Of a DNA stretch of 64,000 nt, positions 40,234 to 48,185 are shown piece by piece. Every line of letters starts with the position of its first letter. Position 1 is the first letter of the stretch. Source of the DNA: Synechococcus sp. (GTDB lineage Bacteria; Cyanobacteriota; Cyanobacteriia; PCC-6307; Cyanobiaceae). The stretch covers positions 928,001 to 992,000 of the forward strand of contig JBJBCN010000002.1 of assembly GCA_047285805.1 (NCBI GenBank). Reading direction: 5' to 3'. The translations under genes and the position numbers were made by a program. The notes beneath the pieces were generated by a model. It worked only from the letters and a program-made list of their open reading frames with translations. It had not been told where the DNA came from and searched no databases.

Positions 40234-40869
40234 ATGAGCGAACTCCAGCGCCTGAAGGGGTTGCTGCCTCCCGAGATGCAGAGCTGGGTGTTTGTGGAAG
40301 CTGCGGCCTCAGCGGATCCGCCGTTGATCACCATCGAGGAGATCGGCCGCGATGAGGTGGAGGTCCAGCTCGACCTTCATAAGTGGGACGCTCTGGCGAT
40401 CGATCACCGCAACCTCCTCTTCTGGCACGAGGTGGGGCGGATCCAGAACGACTCCGTGCCCCGCGACGGCTGGGAGATGGCCGCTCTGGCCATCGGCCTG
40501 GGTGGCGCCATCGGTGAGCTCTGGGTCCAAGACGGCCTGCTTCTGCTCATGGCCCTGGGCCTTTCGGGTTTTGCCGGCTACCGCCTCTATCTGAAGAACA
40601 ACTCCGAGAAGCGCCTGCAGGACGCCATCGCCGCCGACGAGCGGGCGATCGATCTGGCCTGCCGCTTCGGCTACACCCTGCCCAACGCCTACAAGAGCCT
40701 CGGCGGCGCCCTCAAGGAGCTGGTGGAGCAAACCCGCAAGAAGAAGAAGCGGGGCTTCTATGAGGACCGGCTGGAGGCGCTGCGCAAGAGTGCAGGGAAA
40801 GCCCGGGCCGAGATGGCACAGCAACAGGGCTCCCGTCACTCCGTGAGCAGCGAGAACGTTTATGGCTGA
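40234..40869 (+). CDS. DUF3318 family protein
   Basis: ELQRLKGLLPPEM, RNLLFWHEV, conserved cyanobacterial pattern. Confidence 0.8.
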   Translation: MSELQRLKGLLPPEMQSWVFVEAAASADPPLITIEEIGRDEVEVQLDLHKWDALAIDHRNLLFWHEVGRIQNDSVPRDGWEMAALAIGLGGAIGELWVQDGLLLLMALGLSGFAGYRLYLKNNSEKRLQDAIAADERAIDLACRFGYTLPNAYKSLGGALKELVEQTRKKKKRGFYEDRLEALRKSAGKARAEMAQQQGSRHSVSSENVYG

Positions 40870-41275
40870 GGCCCAAGCCGCCAAGCCCAGTCCCGACCCC
40901 AACCGACCCCGGCTAGACCTCGACGACACAAAAGCCCTAGCCCTGCTGGCCGCCGATGCCTGTGACGACCGCAAGGCCACCGACATCGTGCTGATCCGTG
41001 TCGAGGAGATCTCCTCGATTGCCGATTGGTTCGTGATCGCCAGCGGTTTCACCGATGTCCAGGTGCGCGCCATGGCCCGCTCCGTCGAGGACAAGATGGA
41101 GGAGCGCACCGGCCGCCTGCCCCTGCGCAAAGAAGGGCAAAACGAGGGCCGCTGGGTCCTACTCGATTACGGCGAGGTCATAGTCCATTGCCTGACCCCC
41201 GATGAGCGCAGCTACTACGACCTGGAGTCCTTCTGGGGCCACGGCGAGAAGGAGAGCTTCGTAGGCTCGGCCTGA
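40862..41275 (+). CDS. rsfS: Ribosome silencing factor RsfS (iojap)
   Basis: DDRKATDI, ADWFVIASG, WVLLDYGEVIVH, YDLESFW. Confidence 0.95.
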   Translation: MAEAQAAKPSPDPNRPRLDLDDTKALALLAADACDDRKATDIVLIRVEEISSIADWFVIASGFTDVQVRAMARSVEDKMEERTGRLPLRKEGQNEGRWVLLDYGEVIVHCLTPDERSYYDLESFWGHGEKESFVGSA

Positions 41276-41287
41276 TTGGAGCACTCC

Positions 41288-41800
41288 ATGGCTGGCAGCG
41301 ATCCATCGCAAGGGCTCAGGAGCAACACGCCCTGTCCAGTCCCCCCTGAACAGCGCCCCCTCGAGCAATACAAGGAACTCCAGAACTCCCTGTTCTTTGC
41401 CTGGGCTCAAAAGAACATCGCCCAGCCGCTGATCCAGAGCTGGCTGATCGCGATGCCGCTCACCCTGTACCTGGCCACGGGCAGCTTCCAGTTGCGCCAT
41501 GACCCCGCCGCCCTGACCGCCGCCGGTGCAGCGGGGGCCTGTGTGGTGCCGTTGCTGATGCTCACCCGTCAATGGCTGGGCTGGCGAACCGTGTTGGGGC
41601 GCCTGACCTCCACCCAGGTGGAGTACGAGGAGTCCGGTTGGTACGACGGTCAAGTCTGGGAGAAACCGCTGGCTTGGCGGCAACAGGACCTGCTGGTGGC
41701 CACCCACGAGGTCAAACCGGTCCTGCGCCAGATTCAGCTGGCCCTTGCCAGCACAGTGGTACTGCTCCTGCTCTCCACCGGCCTCTGTCAGGCTCTCTGA
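41288..41800 (+). CDS. CGLD27/Ycf36 (DUF1230) protein
   Basis: CPVPPEQRP, YEESGWYDGQVWEKP. Confidence 0.9.
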   Translation: MAGSDPSQGLRSNTPCPVPPEQRPLEQYKELQNSLFFAWAQKNIAQPLIQSWLIAMPLTLYLATGSFQLRHDPAALTAAGAAGACVVPLLMLTRQWLGWRTVLGRLTSTQVEYEESGWYDGQVWEKPLAWRQQDLLVATHEVKPVLRQIQLALASTVVLLLLSTGLCQAL

Positions 41801-41801
41801 C

Positions 41802-42776
41802 ATGACCTTCTCCAGCAGCTTCGGCAGCCGCCCTGGGGTGCCTCCCCTTGAGGTGCGCCTGACCCGCAACGGGATCAGCGAATCGCTGCACCGCGTCCAT
41901 GCCGTGGTCTGCGACCAGCGCGGCCGGATCCTGATGCGGGCTGGAGACCCACAACAGCTGAGCTTCATCCGCTCTGCCCTCAAACCCTTCCAAGCCCAGA
42001 TTTTTGTCGGCAGTGGCGCAGCTGACTTAGGCGAGCACGACGACCGCGCCCTGGCCATCGCCTGCGCCTCCCATGCCGGCGAGGCCGGCCAGGCCCGCGA
42101 AGCCTTCAAGATCCTCTGGAAGGCCGACCTGGAGAGCGAACAACTGCAGTGCCCCACCCCTACAGGCCGTCAGAGTCCGCTGGAGCACAACTGTTCCGGT
42201 AAGCACGCCGCCTTCCTGGCCACATGCCGCAAGATGCAATGGCCCCTGGAGACCTATCTCCAGATCGAGCATCCGCTGCAACAGCAGGTGCTCAAGCGCG
42301 TCGGCGAACTGCTCGGGATGCCCTCCGCCGAACTGATCACCGCCCGCGATGACTGCGGCGCACCGACCCTGCAGCTGCAGCTGGCGCAGATGGCCCTGCT
42401 CTTTGCCCACCTCGGCGCCGGCCAACACGCGGAGCTGGAGCGCCTCTGCCGCTCGATGCTGGCCCACCCCGACCTGGTGGCGGGCGAGGGCCGCTTTGAT
42501 ACCGCCGTGATGCGCAGCAGCCACGGTCAGGTGTTGAGCAAGGGCGGAGCCGAAGGCATCCAATGCCTCAGCCGTGTCGGCGAAGGGCTGGGCTTGGCGA
42601 TCAAGGTCGAGGACGGCGCCCGGCGGGCCAAAGAGGCCGTCGCTCTTCGCCTGATGCAACAGCTCGAGTGGCTCACCCCGATGACCCTTGAGGAGCTAAG
42701 CGCTCAGTTCCTGATGCCCAACACCGCGGTCAAGCTCGAGGTCAGCGGCGAACTGCGCTTCGACAACGGCAACTAG
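41802..42776 (+). CDS. Asparaginase (Rhizobium etli / L-asparaginase II type)
   Basis: RSALKPFQA, ASHAGE, HNCSGKH, DDCGAP, KGGAEG. Confidence 0.9.
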   Translation: MTFSSSFGSRPGVPPLEVRLTRNGISESLHRVHAVVCDQRGRILMRAGDPQQLSFIRSALKPFQAQIFVGSGAADLGEHDDRALAIACASHAGEAGQAREAFKILWKADLESEQLQCPTPTGRQSPLEHNCSGKHAAFLATCRKMQWPLETYLQIEHPLQQQVLKRVGELLGMPSAELITARDDCGAPTLQLQLAQMALLFAHLGAGQHAELERLCRSMLAHPDLVAGEGRFDTAVMRSSHGQVLSKGGAEGIQCLSRVGEGLGLAIKVEDGARRAKEAVALRLMQQLEWLTPMTLEELSAQFLMPNTAVKLEVSGELRFDNGN

Positions 42777-43420
42777 AGGGCATCCCGCTCGAATTGGGCC
42801 GCCGCCGCCACGGTGGCCTCGACGCTGAAGAGGCCCTCGGCAATATCTGGGCTAATCGTGAACGTGTTCATTCCCTGAGCCACCAGACGCGGCAGGTCGC
42901 AGGGACTGCGCAAGCTTGCCACCAGCAGGCGAAGGGTGGAGCCCAGCGAATCGATGCAGCGTTGCATCTGGATCAGCTCGGCGTGGGCGTCACGGCCGAG
43001 GTCGCCAATGCGCCCAAGGTAGGGGGCGATGTAATCGACCCCCAGGGCCGCCGCCAAAAGCACCTGCTGTGGCTCGTAGCAGGCCGTGAAGGTAATCCGG
43101 CAGCCCTCCCGCTGCAGGGTCCGGGCCGCCTCCAGGCCGGGGCGGGTGATCGGCAGCTTCACCCAGATCCGCTCCGGGGCAATCGCGGCGAGGGCGCGGC
43201 CGCAGCCCACCAGGTCGCTGCCCCAGGCCTGCAGATGAAGCTCCTGAATGCCGTAGGCCAGGGCTCGTTCCGCCAGGTCCTGAAGATGCTCCAACCGGCA
43301 GGGCTCAGCGGCGCGCTTGAGCAGGGTCGGGTTGGTCGTTACCCCGGCGAAGAGACCCGTCGGCAACCATTCGTCCCAGGCGCTGACGTCGGCCGAATCC
43401 AGCAGCAGGTGCAGCGCCAT
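42773..43420 (-). CDS. talC: TalC/FSA-family transaldolase
   Basis: LLDSAD, GVTTNPTL, WVKLP, YIAPYLGRI, LLVASLR. Confidence 0.85.
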   Translation of the reverse strand: MALHLLLDSADVSAWDEWLPTGLFAGVTTNPTLLKRAAEPCRLEHLQDLAERALAYGIQELHLQAWGSDLVGCGRALAAIAPERIWVKLPITRPGLEAARTLQREGCRITFTACYEPQQVLLAAALGVDYIAPYLGRIGDLGRDAHAELIQMQRCIDSLGSTLRLLVASLRSPCDLPRLVAQGMNTFTISPDIAEGLFSVEATVAAAAQFERDAL

Positions 43421-43493
43421 GGGAGCAATCGCCTCCATCCATCCTGGCTCCATTGCCGGAGGGATCCGCTGTGCTGTAAGTTTCTTGGGACGC

Positions 43494-43570
<77 letters not shown>

Positions 43571-43575
43571 ACTCC

Positions 43576-43612
43576 AAAGCCCCGGCCTTCTCTGAAGCGT
43601 CGGGGCTTTTTT
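43576..43612 (+). terminator. Terminator after tRNA-fMet
   Basis: AAGCCCCGGC...GTCGGGGCTT stem then T-run. Confidence 0.8.
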
Positions 43613-43628
43613 GATGCCTGAAATCCTG

Positions 43629-45248
43629 ATGGCTACAAGCAACCCTGACGCGATCGTCGTGGGGTCCGGGGCCACCGGAGGGGTGGCAGCCATGGCCCTC
43701 TCCAAAGCTGGGATGCGGGTGCTGGTGCTGGAGGCCGGCCCGGAGTTAAGCGCGAAGCGGGCCTTTGGCAGCGAGCCGATCAACAGCCTCAAACGCCTCA
43801 GGAACATCAGCAGCGGCCGGCAGCGCATCGCCGCGAATCACCCCGGCTACTGGAAAGCCAACCCGGAGCTGTTCGTCGATGAGCAGCGCAACCCCTACTC
43901 CACCCCCCGCGATCGGCCCTTCCTCTGGACCCGGGGGAGACAAGTGGGGGGCAAAAGCCTCACCTGGGGAGGCATCACCCTGCGGCTCTCCGACTACGAG
44001 TTCAAGGGGGCCAGCCGGGATGGCCATGGGCTGGATTGGCCGATCAGCCACAGCGACCTCGCCCCCTGGTACGCCCAGCTCGAGACCCTGCTGGCGGTCA
44101 AGGGCCAGCGCGACGGCCTGCCCCAACTACCCGACGGAGAGTTCCAGGCACCGATGCCCCTGACGCCGGCGGAGGAGCACCTGGGCCGCTCCATCCAGCG
44201 GGATCTGGAACTGCCCTTGATCCACTCCCGCGGCTTTGAGCTGCACCGCAACCCCCAGACCCCCTGGCCTCGCTCCTGCTCCCAGGGCGGCGCCCTAGCC
44301 ATCGCCCTGGCCACAGGACGGGTTGAGCTGCGCAGCAACAGCATCGTCAGCCATGTCTTGATCGATCACGCCAGCGGCCGCGCCGAAGGTGTCGAGGCCA
44401 TCGATCGCGCCAGCGGCGAGCACTTCTGCGCCAAAGCCCCACTGGTGGTGCTCTGCGCCAGCACCATCGAAAGCCTGCGCTTGCTGCTCCACTCCCAGCA
44501 GCAGAGCGGCCTGGAGGACGTAAGCGGCCAGCTCGGGCGGGGCCTGATGGATCACATCTCCCGCAGCTGCTTCTTCTCAATCCCCGATCAGCCGGCCCCG
44601 AGCAGCAGCGAACTCTCGGGAGCAGGCAGCTGCTTCATCCCGAACACCCTGGAATCCCGATCGTTCAAGCGGGGCTACGGGCTCTGGTGCGGCATTCAAC
44701 GCTTTGATCCACCCCAACTGCTGATGCGCGAGCGCGGAAGCGCCGTGGGCTTCCTCATCGGACATGGCGAGGTACTCAACCAGAGCCACAACCAGGTAAG
44801 CCTTGACCAGAAGCGCCCGGATGCCTGGGGCATTCCCATCGCCCACATCGATTGCCGCTGGGGAACAAATGAAGAGGCGATGGTGGCCCACATGGGCGAG
44901 CGCATGGAGGCGGTCGTCGGCTCGGCGGGGGGCCAGATCAAGCCCCTCTCGGATCTTTTTGTGATGCCTCTGATCGAGCCCCTCGTGCAGGGGAGCCTGG
45001 CCCTCTCACCGGGAGCGGCCCCTCCGGGCTACTACATCCATGAGCTCGGGGGAGCGCCAATGGCGAAGCACGATGACCAGGGCGTGCTCAACGCTTGGAA
45101 CCAGCTCTGGCGCACCCCCAACCTGCTTGTGACTGACGGCAGCTGCTGGCCGAGTGCGGGCTGGCAGAGCCCAACGCTCACAGAAATGGCCATAACCTGG
45201 AGGGCCTGTGACCACGCTGTAGCGGCGCTTAAGCGTGGGGAACTCTGA
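43629..45248 (+). CDS. GMC family oxidoreductase
   Basis: VGSGATGG, VGGKSLTWG, IHELGGAPM, QSPTLTEMA. Confidence 0.92.
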   Translation: MATSNPDAIVVGSGATGGVAAMALSKAGMRVLVLEAGPELSAKRAFGSEPINSLKRLRNISSGRQRIAANHPGYWKANPELFVDEQRNPYSTPRDRPFLWTRGRQVGGKSLTWGGITLRLSDYEFKGASRDGHGLDWPISHSDLAPWYAQLETLLAVKGQRDGLPQLPDGEFQAPMPLTPAEEHLGRSIQRDLELPLIHSRGFELHRNPQTPWPRSCSQGGALAIALATGRVELRSNSIVSHVLIDHASGRAEGVEAIDRASGEHFCAKAPLVVLCASTIESLRLLLHSQQQSGLEDVSGQLGRGLMDHISRSCFFSIPDQPAPSSSELSGAGSCFIPNTLESRSFKRGYGLWCGIQRFDPPQLLMRERGSAVGFLIGHGEVLNQSHNQVSLDQKRPDAWGIPIAHIDCRWGTNEEAMVAHMGERMEAVVGSAGGQIKPLSDLFVMPLIEPLVQGSLALSPGAAPPGYYIHELGGAPMAKHDDQGVLNAWNQLWRTPNLLVTDGSCWPSAGWQSPTLTEMAITWRACDHAVAALKRGEL

Positions 45249-45256
45249 GGCGGCGC

Positions 45257-45649
45257 TCAGGAATCGGCGGCGCTGACGAAGAGCCCGTTCAGGTAGTGCT
45301 GGGTGACGGTCTGATCGCTGCAACCGTTCTGGAACAGGAACCCGGCCAAGGCCGAGGTGATCACCCGGTACTGATCCCAGTCGGGACGGTTGCTCAAGAA
45401 GGTCTTCATACCGTCAAAGAGGGCTTCAGGCACCTCTGCCTCCAGGCTGATCCGCGGAGCCCCCTGTGGCTGCTCTGGCTCTGGTTCCAGCTCTGTCACG
45501 GGCTGCTTCAGGCAACGGCTGAGGAGAGCCCGCTCGAGGTCATCACCAAACAAAGAGTGACCGGACGCCTTCCGCTCGGGCTTGCGGTGTGCACCAACGG
45601 CCTGCAGGCCTTCAACACCCTGGTGATCCAAGCGGTTGCGCTCCAACAC
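45257..45649 (-). CDS. DUF2811 family protein (true start probably further downstream)
   Basis: SLEAEVPEALFDGMK.FL..RPDWDQYRV...ALAGFLFQNG. Confidence 0.82.
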   Translation of the reverse strand: MLERNRLDHQGVEGLQAVGAHRKPERKASGHSLFGDDLERALLSRCLKQPVTELEPEPEQPQGAPRISLEAEVPEALFDGMKTFLSNRPDWDQYRVITSALAGFLFQNGCSDQTVTQHYLNGLFVSAADS

Positions 45650-46013
45650 TTCAATCCTTCGACTTGACCATCAATCCACACAGCGACAGCCCCCGTCAAA
45701 GCGTGTTGCAACGGCGACAACGACACTCGAGACACACTGAGACTTCAGTCACACCAAAGGGTCTTGCGCTGATTCCCAGACCGCTCAACCCGTCGACTAA
45801 TCAGGCCCAGAGAGCTGTCAAGCGCTCAGTGAACGAAACCACGCATTCCCCAGGATTCGGCCTGCCGCAAGTAAGCAGGTCGCGCAAGCTGTGGAAAACG
45901 CATTTTTTCCCTGGGGAAAAGCCCAGATGCCTGGGGAAAGCAAAAGACGATAAGCAGGGCTTATGCAGACCAGTCTCGTGGGACGCGCTTGGATTCGAGA
46001 CGGCTGAGCGGGC

Positions 46014-47132
46014 TTAATCCGAGGGGTTTTCTTCCGATTTCGGACGCGGCTTGTAAAGGGTCTTCGGACCCAGGGGGTGCTGGGCGTGCGGATAGGGAGT
46101 GTGATCGTGCCCGTGGTCGTGGTCGTGGTCGTGATGGTGGTGATGCCCCAGGGGGATGGGAATGCCGTCGGGTTGGCAGGCACCGGTGCACTCAAGCTCA
46201 CAGAGGGTGCAGCCCTCGATCAGCCCCTCGACGTGGTGGTGATGGCTCTGCTGCGGGGCGCCCACCTCGGTCTCAAAGCCGAGCACCTGGGCGCGGTACT
46301 TGCAGAGCGAGCAGTTCATCTGGGTCTCGCCGCGCACGACCTCCTCGACCCGTTCTTTAAAGGTGTCGATCACCAAGGGGTGATCACCTAAATAGGAGGC
46401 ATCAACGAACTCCACCTCGGGGTGGTCGGCCGCCACCAGCTGGGTGTGCTGGCGGATACGGCTCACCAGCACTCCAGAGAAGAGGAAATAAGGGAAGACG
46501 ATGACCCGCTTAAAGCCCAGGCGCACCACATGGCGCAGGCCGGGCTCCACCAGGGGGAAGGTGACCCCCGAATAGACGGTCTCGCCCCAGCCAAAGCCAA
46601 AGCCCTCGACCAGCATCCGCGTCACCTTGGAGACGTTGGAGTTGGCGTCGGGGTCCGATGAACCGCGGCCGACAACCACCAGCAGAGTCTCTACCAGGGG
46701 CACCTCGGCTTGGGCGTTGACCCCATCAAGGGCTTCGCGGATCCGAGCGCCGGCGGCCTGGATCATCTTGAGATCCACTCCCAGCTCTCGGCCGTAATCA
46801 ATGCGCAGCCCAGTCTCAGCCGCGTAGCTATTGAGAACAGAGGGAATGTCGTTCTTCGCGTGGCCCGCGGCAAACAACATCCCGGGCACGGCCAGGACAC
46901 ATTTGACTCCTTGGGCGCGCAAGCTGTCGAGCCCGTCGCGCAAGATCGGGCGGGCAAATTCCAAGTAGCCGTATTCGACAGGAACGTCCGGCAGCTGGCG
47001 GCGCAGCCCCCCGGCCAATTGGGCGAATTCGGTGACGGCCTGTTTGTTGCGGCTGCCGTGGCCGCAGATCATGACCCCGATGGGACCGCCGTCGACCGCC
47101 TGAAGATCCAGTTGCTGCGAGGGGTCTGTCAT
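46014..47132 (-). CDS. cbiX: Sirohydrochlorin cobaltochelatase CbiX, long form with Fe-S and His-rich tail
   Basis: GHGSR, AGHAKNDIP, GRGSSDPDAN, MNCSLC, His/Asp-rich C-terminus. Confidence 0.93.
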   Translation of the reverse strand: MTDPSQQLDLQAVDGGPIGVMICGHGSRNKQAVTEFAQLAGGLRRQLPDVPVEYGYLEFARPILRDGLDSLRAQGVKCVLAVPGMLFAAGHAKNDIPSVLNSYAAETGLRIDYGRELGVDLKMIQAAGARIREALDGVNAQAEVPLVETLLVVVGRGSSDPDANSNVSKVTRMLVEGFGFGWGETVYSGVTFPLVEPGLRHVVRLGFKRVIVFPYFLFSGVLVSRIRQHTQLVAADHPEVEFVDASYLGDHPLVIDTFKERVEEVVRGETQMNCSLCKYRAQVLGFETEVGAPQQSHHHHVEGLIEGCTLCELECTGACQPDGIPIPLGHHHHHDHDHDHGHDHTPYPHAQHPLGPKTLYKPRPKSEENPSD

Positions 47133-47193
47133 GGGAAGGTCTGCCTGCCTTGACCCTATCGGCCTAGGGTGAACCAAAGTCAAGCGTCAAAGC

Positions 47194-47868
47194 GTGCAGA
47201 CGAGCGAGAACCACCGGTCCAGCGAGCTAAAGGAACTGGGCTGGAGCCCCGAAGACTGCCGTAAATACGAAGAGCTCTGGGAATACCGCCACCGTTGGGG
47301 CGCCATCAACCTCGAGCGCGAGGACCGGATCTTCCTGCGCAAGGCCGAAGCCGCCCTGCCGAAGATCGTCACCGGCAAGGCCGAGAAGAAGAAGCTTCAG
47401 GACAAGTCCTATTACCGCTGGCTCACCTTCTACCGCGATGCGATGGCGAGCAGCGACAGCGACGCGGGCCTTGGTGACTCCGAGCTGGCCGCCTGGCCGA
47501 TCCTGCTACAGGAGGAGCTGCGGGCCATCGATTACTACCAGCCGGTCCTAGGACTGCCCGACACACTGAAGGCCAAGGAATTGATCGCGGTTCGCGAGCA
47601 GCTCGCCAGCAAGGCGGCCACCGCTGGGCGCGTCGCCCAGTTCGGATTCGTAGATGTCCTCGAAGAGCTCAAGCGCAACGAGAAGACCAATTGGAAACCC
47701 CTGCGCGGTGACGGCAACAGCGAGACCAGCTACCCGGTGCTGCCCGTCGATGCCGCAGGCGCCTTCCGCCAAGAAGCCCGCGCAACCCTGACGGCAGCCA
47801 TCCGCGAGTTATTCCCGTCGCTTAAGGACAGCGACAAGGAGCCCCCGGCTGCCGACTGGCAGCCCTGA
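47194..47868 (+). CDS. Conserved hypothetical picocyanobacterial protein
   Basis: ELKELGWS..D..KYEELWEYRHRWGAINLERED; host-like codon usage. Confidence 0.75.
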   Translation: MQTSENHRSSELKELGWSPEDCRKYEELWEYRHRWGAINLEREDRIFLRKAEAALPKIVTGKAEKKKLQDKSYYRWLTFYRDAMASSDSDAGLGDSELAAWPILLQEELRAIDYYQPVLGLPDTLKAKELIAVREQLASKAATAGRVAQFGFVDVLEELKRNEKTNWKPLRGDGNSETSYPVLPVDAAGAFRQEARATLTAAIRELFPSLKDSDKEPPAADWQP

Positions 47869-47886
47869 GCGAGTAGTCCAGAAAGC

Positions 47887-47917
47887 AAAAAGCCCCTGGC
47901 GCTGAGCGCCGGGGGCT
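47887..47917 (-). terminator. Terminator of hli
   Basis: AGCCCCTGGCGCT/AGCGCCGGGGGCT stem preceded on + by A-run. Confidence 0.8.
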
Positions 47918-47941
47918 GTGTTGAGCTGATGGCCGCGGCGA

Positions 47942-48085
47942 TCAGCCGAGGCCAATCTGGGTCAGGATGCCCTGGCCGGTTAGCAGTTCGGTAGCCAGGC
48001 CGATCACGAAACCCATCATGGCCAGGCGGCCATTCCAGGTCTCAGCGAAGTTGACGAAGCCGAAACGGGTGTTGGAGTCAGCCAT
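47942..48085 (-). CDS. hli: High-light-inducible protein (47 aa; absent from ORF track)
   Basis: MADSNTRFGFVNFAETWNGRLAMMGFVIGLATELLTGQGILTQIGLG with AExxNGRLAM chlorophyll-binding motif. Confidence 0.95.
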   Translation of the reverse strand: MADSNTRFGFVNFAETWNGRLAMMGFVIGLATELLTGQGILTQIGLG

Positions 48086-48113
48086 TGGAGTCGCTGTTAC
48101 GAAACGTGTAGAC

Positions 48114-48131
48114 AGTGTAAAGCCTTGTAAC
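48114..48131 (-). promoter_or_regulatory. HLR1 (RpaB) site upstream of hli
   Basis: Minus strand GTTACAAG-GC-TTTACACT, matching the (G/T)TTACA direct-repeat HLR1 pattern. Confidence 0.7.
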
Positions 48132-48185
48132 GCGATTTGGGGTGTGTTGGCGGTGACGGTTTCCCATGCTTGGCAATCGGCCTGC

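Noticed and set aside
46100..46146. GTGGTC/GTGATG tandem repeat
   Set aside because: Simply encodes the His/Asp-rich tail of CbiX
47133..47193. Cobalamin riboswitch upstream of cbiX
   Set aside because: Gap is only about 60 bp and lacks a B12 box
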